Numbered from the stretch's first letter, positions 13,721-26,941 are shown. The stretch: DNA of 50,091 nt from Paraglomus brasilianum (GCA_910592345.1 CAJVPI010000139.1:1-50091), one strand, 5' to 3'. Notes: generated by a model from the letters alone, not told the origin. Numbers and translations: made by a program.

Positions 13721-14186
13721 TGGCTAAGTAGAATCAAAAATTTAGGACTGGATTTATTAGCATACATTTCCATTCTTGACAACATCCGCAACGCTGAAAA
13801 CCGATTATGATGTGGGTGGAGTATTTACGGTTTACAGGAGCTAGGCTAAGTGTAAGAGCATATGCTCATACGTTAGTTGCGGATCATATAGAATGAAGAG
13901 CTTTCCAAGCTGACTTGTAGGAAAAATTTTGGTTATTAAAATTTTTTTCAACCAATTTCTTTTTGCACATTTTTATTGTGAATCAATAATTTTGGACGTC
14001 TAGCTCAGAGACAATTATACTCCCTTCCAAATTATTTCCGGATCAGCAAATCTACTATTAAAACATATAAAATTCGATATTTTTCAAAAGCCTTTTTCGC
14101 TCACATTTTGTAGAAAACTGCTACATGGTTTTGAAGCTGGTTGATCGTGTTTTATAATTTTATTTATTATGTTTTACTAATTGATC

Positions 14187-14223
14187 GGCAGGGGTGGTCC
14201 TAAATTTTTGGCAGGGGAGTGTA
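14187..14223. mobile_element. Solo Tc1-like terminal inverted repeat fragment
   Basis: The reverse complement reads TA-CACTCCCCTGCCAAAAATTTAGGACCACCCCTGCC, resembling a Tc1/mariner end next to TA. No partner was seen. It sits where A/B downstream homology ends. Confidence 0.35.
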
Positions 14224-15759
14224 CGTTTAATTGTCTGCTATCAAAAAATTAAGAACACCATCATGATGTAGCAGCAGTACGACTCTACGGACGGTACTTG
14301 CAAAGTCAACGCATCTTTCAATGCTACTGGTGAATGATAAAATGTAAAATTTCGCCAATTATCGTAAATTTCTGATAGGTAAAACTGTTGGGGCAACATT
14401 AACTGGCAAGGTGATGCTTAACTGTTTTAACGGATTAAACCTCCTACATACGAAAATTCAACCGAAGCTTATTATCAATGACATACATTATTTTGCATGA
14501 CGAAGGTCAATTACCGACTTTAATATTTTCACTGACTTGTCCCATATCTGGTAGATTGGATTCTCTGGACTAGAACCAATGAAAGCGTTAAAACGTGTTC
14601 GAATGCGCAGCCAGCCTTACTTATTGTTTGACTACATAAAGGAGACCCACCAGATTATTCATAACTATGTCAGCTTTGCTTAACGTCGTCTGAAACATTC
14701 TCTCCAAATAACCAAATACCAACTGGTCGTTCTCTTCATTTATCTTATCCAGTCGTCCTATTAGTGTATCTTTCCAACGGGCGATGAGCGACTGCGCATG
14801 TGTTGATGAAGGATGAATGGATGTAAGACGCGCAAGCGAAGAGCCGTCAACAGACAAAAAGAGATTTCTTTTTCGCGTAGAGTGCAATCGCTATTATGCA
14901 ATAATAACAAAATTAGAATTTTGAATGTTGAAACAGAAGAAAGGTATCAAATAAAAAACATATCTTGAGACATAATTGAATGGATTATTGGGAATTGTAA
15001 ACCCATATTCGATTAATAGTCTAAAGTTATCATGCGGCCCATAGTTTATAAAGGCCATTGATCAAGGTTTACAACCGTTAGAAGAAAAGAATCAGGAACT
15101 GGAACGTCAATATCGACTATAAGTACCTCTTCACCCTTCTTGATGGTTGTCATTGTCGTAATTTGATAACAATTAGTTTGTTGATTGAACTCTCCCATAA
15201 TCTAAAAATGAGTAACCTCCTTTAGCATGATATTTGGCATTCATCAAAAACTCACAAAATCCGCTCATACTTTGGCACAACTAGAATGATTGAGAAAATC
15301 TAGCACGGAGCTATTGCGATGTTTTCATCCGAGGAAAAGGAGAATTGGCAGTTCGACGCTTTGAAATATATACAGCGCATGTTTACTTAAATGACGGTAG
15401 CGAAAAAATTGATAAGAAATTAAACAGTGTTCATTATTGTCAATGTGGAGAGATTAATTCATATGTGCAAGGGGTTGAAACCACACTGTCAGAAAGATAA
15501 AAACACATAATTAGTGAGTTTGTTGTGGCAGTACATCAACTTTAGCGCCATCATAAAACGTAATCTTTGTTAGACTAATTTGCTTAACGTTTAACGTCTT
15601 TACGTATAGCTCGTAGACGTGGCACAATTTGAGATAGCTACAATCCAAAAAGTGCATACACAGTATAAGTTAAAATTTTTATTTTATTCCAAACTAGATA
15701 CTAATTGATAAATATATTATAGTTTATATATAATGCAGTTTAATTTCCTGTTAATTTAT

Positions 15760-16200
15760 TGAGATCGTCCAAAGCATTTGTCTCGTTTTCGGTATTGACG
15801 TGCTTGTTATTTTTATGAAGCATTCGATAGACTTTCCCCCTTACTTTCAATGCAAATGCATTGGTGGTTCAATCTCCAACGATTTATTGAGATCGACTAA
15901 TGCATTGTCATATTGATCAAGCATTCGATAGACTTCCCCCCTTACTCCCAATGTAGACGCGTTATTTGGATCAACCTCCAATGCTTTATTGAGATCAACT
16001 AATGCATTGTCATATTGATCAAGCATGAGATAGACTTTCCCCCTTACTTCCAATGTAGACGCGTTATTTGGATCAATCTCCAACGATTTATTGAGATCGA
16101 CTAACGCATTGTCATATTGATCAAGCGAGTGATAGACACGTCCCCTTACTCTCAATGCAAATGCACTATTTGGATCAATCTCCAATGACTGTTTAAGATT
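15760..16200 (-). repeat. 102-bp (34-codon) near-identical TPR tandem repeats, about 4 copies
   Basis: Repeated tttattgagatc(g/a)actaa(t/c)gcattgtcatattgatcaagc at 102-bp spacing (~15883, 15985, 16087). Confidence 0.9.
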
Positions 16201-18488
16201 TTTAAGAGACTGTCTATATTCAGATTGAAGCCTGTAATTATCCCCAAGTATTGCCCAAGCTCTGGCGTTTTTAGGATTATTCTTGATAGTCTCATTTATA
16301 TAATGATAACATTTTTGGTAGTCTGAACTTTGCATATATGCATAAGCAAGATCACACTGAATGGTAGAACTATTAGGATAATGCTCAAGTGCTCTTTCCA
16401 GCCAGGTTATTGCATCTCTGTATCTTCTATTATTCAGAGCTTTCTTGCCTTGTCTGTATGTAGGATGCTGTCCTTTTGGTCTTCTAATTCTTTGCACAAG
16501 AGTTTTCTTAGGTTTCATTTTTAGTAAATATAAAAACTTTGTTTTCATTATAGAATATTCCTCAGAATCACTATCATCCTGGTTTTCTACAGCTGCTGTA
16601 AAGTTTTTTGTGTTGTCTTTTGGTGTAATATGTCCATTTTCAACAAACTTTTCATGCAATGCTTTATAGATTGGTGAACTTTCCAATGATTTAGTATCTT
16701 TGATTTTGATTCCCCTGTTACAATAGAAACATTTTAATGAATAATAATTGAATTTCATAAATGTCTCTAATGCTGAATAACTGATTTTGTGTCCACATGG
16801 TAGAATTCTAAAATCATCTGTAACCCTCTGTGTAAAGGGACATGTGAGGTGATCTGCTACCATATCCAAAATTAACAAATCATTTGGATTGGAATCAAGC
16901 AATTCCTCAGGATTCTGTTCTAGCACTGCTTTTTGCTTTGACATTGATGTTTCTAATACTAATGTGGGCATAGTAAATTTATATTTTATATTAATGTATT
17001 CTATTGCATCCTGAAGTTTTCTCTTATTAGCATTAGCTCCATCCAATTCTGCAAAATGTTCAATATGCTGGGATAGATCTACTTTGACAACTGAAAACGT
17101 ATTAGTAACAGTATCTGGTTCCCTGTTATAAAGTGTCATCAAGACTTCCATTGCTTTAAATTGAACATTTTCTGTTGATACAATATCAAGTGTCAATTTT
17201 GCAAGATAATAGCAGTGAGCCAAAGTACTAGTATTCTTTGTAGACAATATGAGTTTTTGAGCAATTTCTAATATGCCATACAATAAAGAGTATGGATATG
17301 ATACAGGGGCATAACCACCAATATGGACCAGAGTGTGCTTTAAGTTAGACTTAAAGGTATCTGCCTCTGATTCTGATTTTACAGCAGCTTTGGCCCATTC
17401 TTGTTCTCCAAATCTCCATAAATCTTTAATAATCATCAATTCACCTTTGAAAACTAAATCCCTATTGATTGGTATATCTGACCATTCAACAAATGCTTGA
17501 TATGTGCTGTATAAATATCTCCAATCCTTGTACCAATAGCTAATAGGAAATTTGGGACTTAGTGCTTGTTGAATAATATTATATGTCTCAAGGGAAGTAT
17601 TGTTATCAAATGGTGTTTGAATGTTTGCCATAATGTTAGCCATACCAGGTAAAATTCCAACTAAGCTAGTGAACACAGTTTTCAGTGCTTTTATAATCTT
17701 AAATAAGACCGTCTCATCATCATGCATTGCATGAAGAGTATCCCGAAGATGTATCAGTAAGAAATCAATATTGTAATTCTGGCAATTGATACCTTTCGCC
17801 AAATTAGAATATAAGTCATATGCAGTTCTTTGTTCATTGTATGGATTGTACTCCGGTTTAATGTTTTTGTTTAGGCCATTCTTTAGTGTTTCAGCATGCC
17901 GTTGATGAAAATCATTCAAAACAGCAAGATGTCCATACAAGGACTCGCGGAATTCCTTTGTCATTATGAGTGGTCTCCTGCCCCATGCTTCCAATGCCAA
18001 CACATATGTCCTGAGATGTAGCTCCAACTCCATACCAGTTGTTACCTTATGTTTCATATATGAAATGTTTGCAGTTCCTATTGTCCTCAATATATTTTCC
18101 AATTGATCATCATCCAATCTATCTTCTGTTGTCAATAACAAGGTATGCAGTCTGATGAAGTGATGTCGTCTGTCATTGTTGTTGGCTATTGATTCTAAGC
18201 ATTTGATCAACTGTTCCCTCAATTGGATTGCACTCAGGTTTTCGTCAGATTGGGTTACATCATCGATCTCAATGTCTTCAATTTGTTTGGCTTTGCCCTT
18301 GTTTTTCGTTTTCGAGAATGACGATTCACCATTGTTCTGACATAAAAGTATGGAATAACAACATGTTAGTAAAATGTGAACTATGCGATAAACTATTGCA
18401 TTTCTCATACTGTATTAGTATTGCTTCTTTCGTACGGTTTTAATAAATGTTGCGACATGTTCACAAAACTTACTATGGCCTCTGCCAT
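15847..18488 (-). CDS. Large protein with helical N-terminal region, degenerate RING/U-box-like motif and C-terminal TPR array
   Basis: 853-aa ORF. The likely true start is a 15-nt exon 18488-18474 (MAEAI|gtaagt) spliced to 18336 (cag|NNGESS). Contains LTCPFT...LPCGHKIS...KCFYC and TPRs of the type ALVDLNKSLEIDPNNASTLEVRGKVYLMLDQYDN. Confidence 0.85.
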
Positions 18489-18791
18489 CTCTGGAAAATC
18501 GCTATAACTAACTAACTGTTTGTATGCATGGCACTATAATTATAATGTCACACGACTGTACAGCCAACCAATCAATCTAATACGGTCAGAAAACTCGCAT
18601 TTTTTCAAGTTAACCATTCATTGACCAAGCAACAATCTCCCAATCTCCCAATAATAGGGATTGCTTGGTAAATTTTATTCAAACGCTTGCAATAAGTAGC
18701 ATTGTGACGGGTCCGGCTCATCGACAATCATTTCGCCGACAGACATAAATTTCATCGAAAACCAATGATAAGTGCGATAAATAATGTGTCA

Positions 18792-18845
18792 AGTGAAATG
18801 ACTGTCGGTGAAATGTACTGTCGGTGAAATGATTGTCGGTGAAAT
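18792..18845. repeat. Short minisatellite with ~15-16-bp unit (tgtcggtgaaat), 3-4 copies
   Basis: gtgaaatgactgtcggtgaaatgtactgtcggtgaaatgattgtcggtgaaat. Confidence 0.7.
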
Positions 18846-19144
18846 AAATGCCTCCCGTTCTGCTGAGAGCGCCATATGCTTAGCCAGGGGCGAAGAGTTG
18901 AGAATCAAATTCGAAATCCTTGGGATAGTTTTTAGAATAATATCAACATTCACATCCCAGCCGTGCAATTTGCATACATCATCTTGGTTATGTCATTATC
19001 ATGTACATGACTCTAAGCTTCTGATTGAAGACTAGAGACTCAACAGTTAGTCTGTTTAAATAATTTTTGCAATTTACAGGAAATCACTGTCCTGTTGGTA
19101 CAAAGACAAATTGCTGCACTGACGCTGTTGTCTTTTCTGATGTG

Positions 19145-19555
19145 TCTGACAAAACTATAAGCAAGAAGACAAAGTTTTACTTTATTTTCGAAAATTTTAT
19201 CCATACTAATACGTAATATAAGTTTCGCTACTTCATCGAACTACAGCTTTGAAACGACAACAGGATTGAATATATTATTATTATTTCTGAAAAATACAAT
19301 CAATTAGCTTCAAACGGTACCAAAATCATTGTGGGCGTATATGAAAATGTAATGTGTTCACTTCATCGAACTACTCTTCATTACAGTAAATAATTTAAAT
19401 TTCACACTATTTTTTTTCGAAAAATACAATCAATTAGTTCCAAACCGGTACCAAAATCATTGTGGGTTACATAGTACGTATTAGTATTGATAATGGAGAT
19501 TTTCAAAAATAAAGGGGTTTCATGTGTTTTACTAGTCTTCTTATAATTTTGTCAG
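19145..19555. mobile_element. Foldback/MITE-like element with ~70-bp imperfect inverted ends and two internal direct repeats
   Basis: ctgacaaaactataag...ctttattttcgaaaat...atactaatacgta pairs with tacgtattagtat...attttcaaaaataaag...cttataattttgtcag. Internal repeat cttcatcgaactac...aaaaatacaatcaattag...cggtaccaaaatcattgtggg occurs twice. Confidence 0.6.
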
Positions 19556-20052
19556 GGGGTGTATTATGTAATATTACCATAGAATAAACAAATTCTTATT
19601 CTCATACTACAGTACTATGGGGCATACTGCAACAAAACTAGACAAAGTAAACATGACGCCGCAGAGGGTTCAATGCCATAGATTGGTCTTCTTTAAGTCG
19701 CTCTTCCTATTTTCGCTTTCTACCTTTTAAGTGCAAAAATTCAAATTAACAAAATCAAGTTGATTAGCAATAGCGGCGCAAAAACACTAATAGTACTATA
19801 AAACCTTTTTTTTGGCTGAGCAGTATCTACGTCTAAACAAGCCGATTCTTAAAGCAAGTTACGCGAAATTCTCCTATAGTAGATAGGTTGAGTTTGTGCA
19901 ACACGAGCACTGGTATTAATATTAAGAGTTTGGGTACTAATAATTTTCACGATATAATATTGTTAAAGAAAACATTAAACAAACCCATGCGAAACACGTT
20001 TTTTTTTTGTTTAACGCACGTTTTGTTTACAATTTGCACAGAAACGACTGTT

Positions 20053-21299
20053 TGAGGTGGTTCAAAAAGTTCTTGCCGCTTGGCTTTATTTTATGATACT
20101 ACATAATAAATTTGAAACTAATTAAGTCAATCCTTCAAAATAGTCTCCTTCTAAATCTATGCATCTTTGTAGCCTCTCCCGCCAAATTTCAAAGGACTTG
20201 TGATATTCCTCTTGTGATATACCATAAACAATTGCCTGAACAGCCCTAGACAAATTTACAATATCATTATACTTCTTTCCAGCAAACACTTTCTTAATTT
20301 TTGGAAATAGAAAAAAGTCGCACGGAGCCAGGTCTGGACTGCATGGTGGATGTGGCAGTAACCGCTCTTTCTTCAAATAGGCTGCAACATTAGATCTGCA
20401 GTGAGGCGCAGCATTGTCATGATGCAACATCACATCGCGGACGGTTGTTCCTCCCCTAATTTCCTTATATTTTTGGAAAACAGAGGGTAGAATTTGATTA
20501 GAATAGAGCTCACTCAGTTACTGTCTGACCTTCAGGCACAACAATTTGCGCGACTACTCCATTTACTGAGAAAAAATGCAAAACATTCGTTTTTTACAAT
20601 TTCGGCAGTCCGCACGATTGTTGGCCTGTTTTCATCCTTCCCAATCCAAACTTTATTCTGATTTTTACTGAAAACTGTGAAAAAGTGTATCCACGTTTCA
20701 TCTCCAGTAATAATATTATTGAAGCCCTTATCCAAAATTGATAAGAGCTGTCTTGAAACTTTCACCCGTCGCTTCTTATGTTCTTCCGTTAGAAGGTGCG
20801 GAATCCATTTAGCAGCAACTTTACGTAGCTCTAATTCTTTATGTAAAACGGTACAGACGCTACCGACTGAAATTCCTGTTTCATTTGCTAACCCTTGTAT
20901 GTTTTTATTAGGGTCACATTCTTTTGTGTCACCGCTTCGCAAGGCCTCCCAGATCGAGGTTCATCTTCTAAGCGGCCTCTTCCATCATTAACCCAGTGTC
21001 GGACTTTGCGTAATGACGGTGCTTTATGTCCACAAGCAATAGTTAATTTTCATAAATTGTACTAACGTCTGTACCGTTTTGCCATTCGACGAATATATAG
21101 AAACGATATTGTTTGTGCGAAAATTGAGCCATTGGTTTTAACGAACAGGATTCAAATGAGGATATCTCAACAACAAACCAAATTTGGTTTGTTTTGAAGA
21201 TCAAAAACTTTAGTTTTTATTTGGTTAGTGTCGATTTGTCTCACACTGACAGCCTGTAAAATGCAAGGCCCGCGGCAAGAACTCTCTGAACCACCCACA
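20053..21299 (-). mobile_element. Full-length but inactive mariner (DD34D) transposon
   Basis: TIRs ggtggttcaaaaagttcttgccgc (20056-20079) and gcggcaagaactctctgaaccacc (21272-21295), about 1.25 kb apart, enclose a transposase remnant. Confidence 0.9.
20122..21132 (-). pseudogene. Mariner transposase pseudogene with several frameshifts
   Basis: Motifs KWIPHLL, IITGDETW, HHDNA and PDLAPCDFFLF are split across frames. The ATG at 21132 is followed by an early frameshift/stop. Confidence 0.9.
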
Positions 21300-24200
21300 T
21301 AAACCAAATGTTTTAAGTCTACGGCTATGATGTATTAGTATTGTTTAATAAACGCTCAATCGGCGTTTGATAGACCGAAGATTGATTATAAAAAATAATC
21401 CAGTTCAACCACAATCCACAAATTTACAATAGATTAAATTACAATCATTAAATAATTACTATCAAACGCATTTGTTCCATAAAAAACAAATCTACAAAAA
21501 TGCTCACTTCTGCCGAATTTTGCGGGCTATTAATTTCGGTCTCTCGCTGCATTCGACAATATAAACCAAAAGCTTGAAACAATGATTCAGGCAGTTGAGC
21601 CAGAAATTTTTAAAGTAAAATCTAAATTCACCAAACTACCCAGTAGCAAATTACTTACCAGACATAAAAAATCTACGTATGAAAAGATTTTAAGAATTAT
21701 TTAATAAAAGATTTTTTGAGCTGGACTCGGATTTTTCGTTTAACAGAATGGCAATTAAAATCCATGAATTACGCGAAGGAAAAAGCGTTGCTGTCTCCAC
21801 TTTAAAAAGTTTCTTACCGTCCGGGGAAGAGAACATCCAGAATCGATCGATAAGAACAAAGAAGCAGAGAATAGAAATGGTTGATAATAATAGAATATTT
21901 TATTAGAGTGATCAAAGAAATAGATTAATGGCTTAGGGTCCGGGTATTTTTCTCTCATGCAAGCGCTCTAGTGAGTCTTTTGGGTTTTATTGACAAAATA
22001 TGTATGCAACTTGCAAATTGTCCCAACTTAATGAAAAAAAAAAGGGTTCTAGTTATCCATTCATACTATCGTGCTGCCATATAATAACGAAATCACGTAC
22101 AATATGCAAACTTGCATTGCGCGTATTTGTACAGACAACGAGACCTGTCTCGAAAAAGGATTGTTTCACTTTTTAAAATACATATGAGAAACAAAATACT
22201 GTACATATTATGTATAAAACGTTATCAGCAACAATTAGACAAACTGACTTGATGCTTGTCAATTGTTCCAGAACGTGACTTTTTTTATAAAGCATACTTA
22301 CATGGCTCATATGCAAATAAAGAACTATAAAGCCACCGAATTGGATTTAAATCAAATTTGATTTCAGTCGGAACATTAACACAATTATATTTATAACAAT
22401 AGAGGAGGAGTATTCCTGTATTGAATTACTTATATGAAACTAATATACAGTATATCAGATCCACTATAAAACCTAAAAATTACAGTGCAATCAGAAAAAA
22501 GAACAATTGCTTCTTACATTTTTAAAATAAATATTACCCAACACTTGAAGCTTACCTCAGGAAAGAAAAAATCACTGTTAATTAATTTAATGAAACTGTC
22601 AAAAGATATATAAGCAGTCGTAGTTTCCCTAGAAATCAGCATTTGCAATTTGTTCTTATAAAATTAGAATACTTATATATTCAATAAAAATCGTATTTAA
22701 TATTTAAATTAATTCCGGTATACGGAGTCGAACTTGCCTTCGATTTCGTTGGAATCTTTAACGTTAAAATTATTACATAATTAAGTGCTTAGTGTAGATA
22801 CATTCCCCGATCCATAGGCTTTTGAACTAAGAAATAAACGTGACATCCGAGATTAAATAATAATCTAGGGACAGCGTATACAAGACCGATCTAGCAACGT
22901 CAGTATTTGAACCCCAATTTTAAGGTCACTACTGTCATTATTATTATAGAAATGGCTAAATTCCAAGGTCGATATACGAACTCTCTCCCGCGTGTATTGA
23001 TCAGACAGTAGACTTGTGAATACTTTTCCTTTTTATCCTTTTTTAATAAGGACTAGACCACAAAACACTAACACTAGAAACCCAGATCATAATATGTTGG
23101 TTGTCACAAGCCATTTTTTTATATTCCTTGGTTGCTTTGACAAAATCTTTGACATCCAAATTCTTGTCAATGGTAGTTTTTAACGTGACAAATATTGGGT
23201 CCTTTTAGATGATGGTTGTTCTAAAATCAACGGCAATAACTAAATTTAAAATAGATTTGGGATTTCCTTTCGATTGAACGTAGAGGAGATTTTATTTGAG
23301 AAGGCTATAATAGTAACGTCTTAGTCTTTTGAGTTACAATTGATCTATTAGCCGATTACCAATTAATTCATGAAAAATTTCGGGATCGTGCCTAGATAGG
23401 CTTGAATTAGTTAATCAACCGTAATATAAACGGGTTCCCATAAATAGAACACAAACATTCCAGAATAACGCTTTACAAACTGCTTCAACGCATTTTGGGA
23501 AAGCATCAACAGTTCGTGGAATTATAATATCTGTTAAGCCAAGCATGCATATACATATACGATGCTGCAAATAGTGATAATAAAAGTTCTGAAAGAATAT
23601 TAGTCCCATATTCAACTAATTATGAAGTTAGATAAAAAATTGTTTACCATTTGTTTGGATTGCGTATATTTCAACCTATGAATATCTGGACGTGCGACGA
23701 TTGGTAAGGCAAGATATGCGCTGGCGAGTAGCACTTTTGAGCAGTATTCTAGCTTTGATAAGTCGCTCTTTCTTTTACGCAATATCACATCTCCCGTTCT
23801 CACGTATTAATACTTCTTGACTGATTGAAATAATAGTTATTTTTGGACCACTCTTTGTTTGAATTTGGGCAAGTTTTTTTAACTTGTCATATGCTACAGA
23901 TGAACCTTCACCCCTAAATTATGCGATGTAAATTACTATTACAGAAAATATGTAATAATAACACTGTAGTCAAACGTCCGATATATTTGGAAAGTTCACA
24001 CTGACCTGAGAGGGTTACTACAAAGAGAACCCCCATCACTTAGTATTGCTTAAGACTAAAACTTATTGTCCCCTGACATACGGCGTACATAACTTTTAAT
24101 GTTATTGTATCCAGAAGATGGCTATTACATTCATATGAATATTCTAGTCAACGACTTCTCCAGGATTGAGAATCAATGCCTTGAGACAAGTAAACATATG

Positions 24201-24746
24201 AATATTCGCTGCTCGAAATGATGTTTGGTAAATAGTTGAGGCTAGTAAATCATTTCTTATAGACATTAACCGCAATAGCAATAGCGTGATCCCTTGCATA
24301 TAAGGTTAGTCATAATATCACGATATGCATAAACATGGGGCTAATCGTCGTATCTTTAGTCGGTAACTAACTGATTACAGCTTACTAAGTTTGACATCCA
24401 CCTCGACGAATACCTGAGTAGACTGCCGTTTCGAGCTTAATGCATAGACATGGAGTGAGATTATTAATTGCAGTGACCAGTAACACCATTTTTAAAATAT
24501 CATATAACGCCGTGTGACATAAACTATAAATAAAATTATACAAATATATCAAAATAGCGAACAGATTTCTCTTATACTGGAAATTGGTTATGTTAGGAGG
24601 TGTTATTCCGTATATAATAATAAATAAAGTTGCACTCGAAGCTATTTTGTCAAAATTTTTAGTCTAGTTAGGAACAATTGAATTTTTGTGTTGCTTTTGA
24701 GAGCTATAAATAAACCCCAGCTTGTTAAGCTTCTGCATTATCACTT

Positions 24747-26941
24747 ATGTCTGATACAATTACTTTCACGATAAAAAAAAACGGATACATTCTCCGTCGG
24801 GAAGTATTCATAAAAAGGCCCACCGAAAACCAAATACGTGAATCAGGTTTGGTTCAAGAAGGAAACCGCAATCCGGGAAAAGTATTCGAACAACTAATAA
24901 CGGGGGCTGTGAGAGATCTTGGAAAAGCAGCAATCGACGCTTTATGGCGTGACCCAAAAATCAAAGCCGAATTCAAGCGTATTGTGGAAGAAGCTTTAAA
25001 AGATAAGGGGGAACTCCGTATTGTTCATGACAAATTGAACCATAGTTCAGAAACAGGTAAGCTTGAGTTACATGTTCAGACTTATCACAAGGATCTGCGC
25101 TTTAGCATACATTAATTTTTATTATATGCCTAACGCGTAGATCACAACCAACAACTACGTGACAGTTACCCGCCCCTTCCTGGCAGACAGAACACGAGTA
25201 AGCAGATGTACTTTATTCATATTGAATGTTTAGGAATATTGATTAAAGTAAAATTTTCATTTCTCAACAAATAGCCCAAGTTGGCTACCCTCAAGTTACT
25301 TCCGAACAGGGTAAAGCGTTTTGGATTTGGGTTGATGTTCAGCTCCTATCAAATGTTCAGATGTATGCGTTTGTTAATGCGATCTTTTCGATTACTTAAC
25401 AACAGTACACAGCGAATGGCATATTAATATGCCCGGAGAAGTCACGGGTAATTATAATAGTAACGCGTTTGCACATTTTAGTTCATATAAAGATAAATTT
25501 ATTAATGTAAATTATTTCTGTAATAAGACCACCACTTCTATCATAACGGTATCATACCTGAAGTTTACTCGCCTGCCGGACAGAATACGGGTAAGAGTTT
25601 AGTTTTTAGCAGACTTGGGTTCATATCAATGTTTAGGCATATTGATTAAAGTAAATCTCCATTACTCAACGAGTAGCCCAAGCGTGCTACCATCAATTTA
25701 CATCCGAACATGATATTAATATGGGTAAGACGTTCAAGTTGATGTTTAGCTTATATCACATGTTTAATAGTACGGTCTAAGGCGTAGGTGACGAATGGCA
25801 TAAATTACTAATGTAAAATTTTCTTATTCATAAGACGCAAATGGCATGGGGTTCTATAATTACGGCGGTGCATTTCACGAAGTCGTTCCTGACGCGGGTA
25901 AGAGTTTAGTTTTTTAGCAGACTTCAAATGTTTAGGTATATTAAATCTCCATTACTCAACAAGTAACCCAAGTAGCCCACCCGCAAGTTACTTCCGAACA
26001 GGATATTAATATGGGTAAGACTTTTAAATTGATGTTTAGCTCATATCACATGTTTAATGGTACGGATTTGTTAATGTCTAAGACGTAGATGACGAATGGC
26101 CTATGCCCATGGGTAATTATAATAGTAATAGTAACGCATTGCACTTTTCAGTTTGTATAAAGATAAATTATTAATGTAAAATTTTCTTATTCATAAGATG
26201 CAAATGGCATGCGGTTCTATAATTACGGCGGTGCATTTAACGAAGTCGTTCCTGACATGGGTAAGGGATTAGTTTTTTAGCAGACTTCAAATGTTTAGGC
26301 ATATTGATTAAATAATCCCCATTACTCAACAAGTAGCCCAAGCTTGCCATCAATTTACATCCGAACAGGATATTAATATGGGTAAGACTTTTAAATTGAT
26401 GTTTAGCTCATATCACATGTTTAATAGTACGGATTTGTTAATGTCTAAGACGGAGGTGACGAATGGCTTGTGCCAGTGGGTAATTATAATAGTAATAGTA
26501 GCGCATTGCATTTTTCAGTTCGTGTAAAGATAAATTACTAATGTAAAATTTCTTATTCATAAGACGCAAATGGCATGGGTTTCTATAATTACGGCGGTGC
26601 ATTTAACGAAGTCGTTCCTGACATGGGTAAGAGATTAGTTTTTTAGCAGACTTCAAATGCTTAGGCTATTGATTAAAATAATCCCCATTACTCAACAAGT
26701 AGCCCAAGCTTGCCATCAATTTACATTAGAACAGGGTATTAATATGGGTAAATTTTAGGTTATGTTCAAGCTCATATCATTTGCTTAAAAGTATGTTAAT
26801 GCAATCTTTCCCATTGCCTAAGATGTAGATGACGAATGGCAATCTTTTCTGTGTCCGGTAACTATAACAGCAAAGCGTTCGCAACTTTACGTTCATTTTA
26901 TTAATGTAAAATTTTTTATTAATAAGCCAAATTATGGCTAA
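24747..26941 (+). CDS. Micro-exon array gene, paralog B
   Basis: Exon 1 24747-25056, then 25141-25197, 25275-25310, 25406-25447, 25528-25590, 25677-25724, 25835-25897, 25964-26014, 26083-26112, 26198-26260, 26334-26381, 26450-26479, 26564-26626, 26700-26747 (all 3n, phase 1), 26823-26857 (35 nt) and terminal 26927-26941 (PNYG*). Exon 1 is homologous to A (YILR, LWR.xxIKAEF, RIVxDKL). Confidence 0.78.
25200..26930 (+). repeat. Tandem array of about 5 three-exon units homologous to 12000-13720
   Basis: Same anchors as array A. Long near-identical blocks, e.g. 26180-26370 vs 12955-13145. Confidence 0.9.

Noticed and set aside
14300..14890. 88-aa ORF as a gene or pseudogene fragment
   Set aside because: No recognisable domain and no consistent exon chain.
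23400..23810. Short minus-strand ORFs as a pseudogene
   Set aside because: No identifiable homology; could be chance ORFs.
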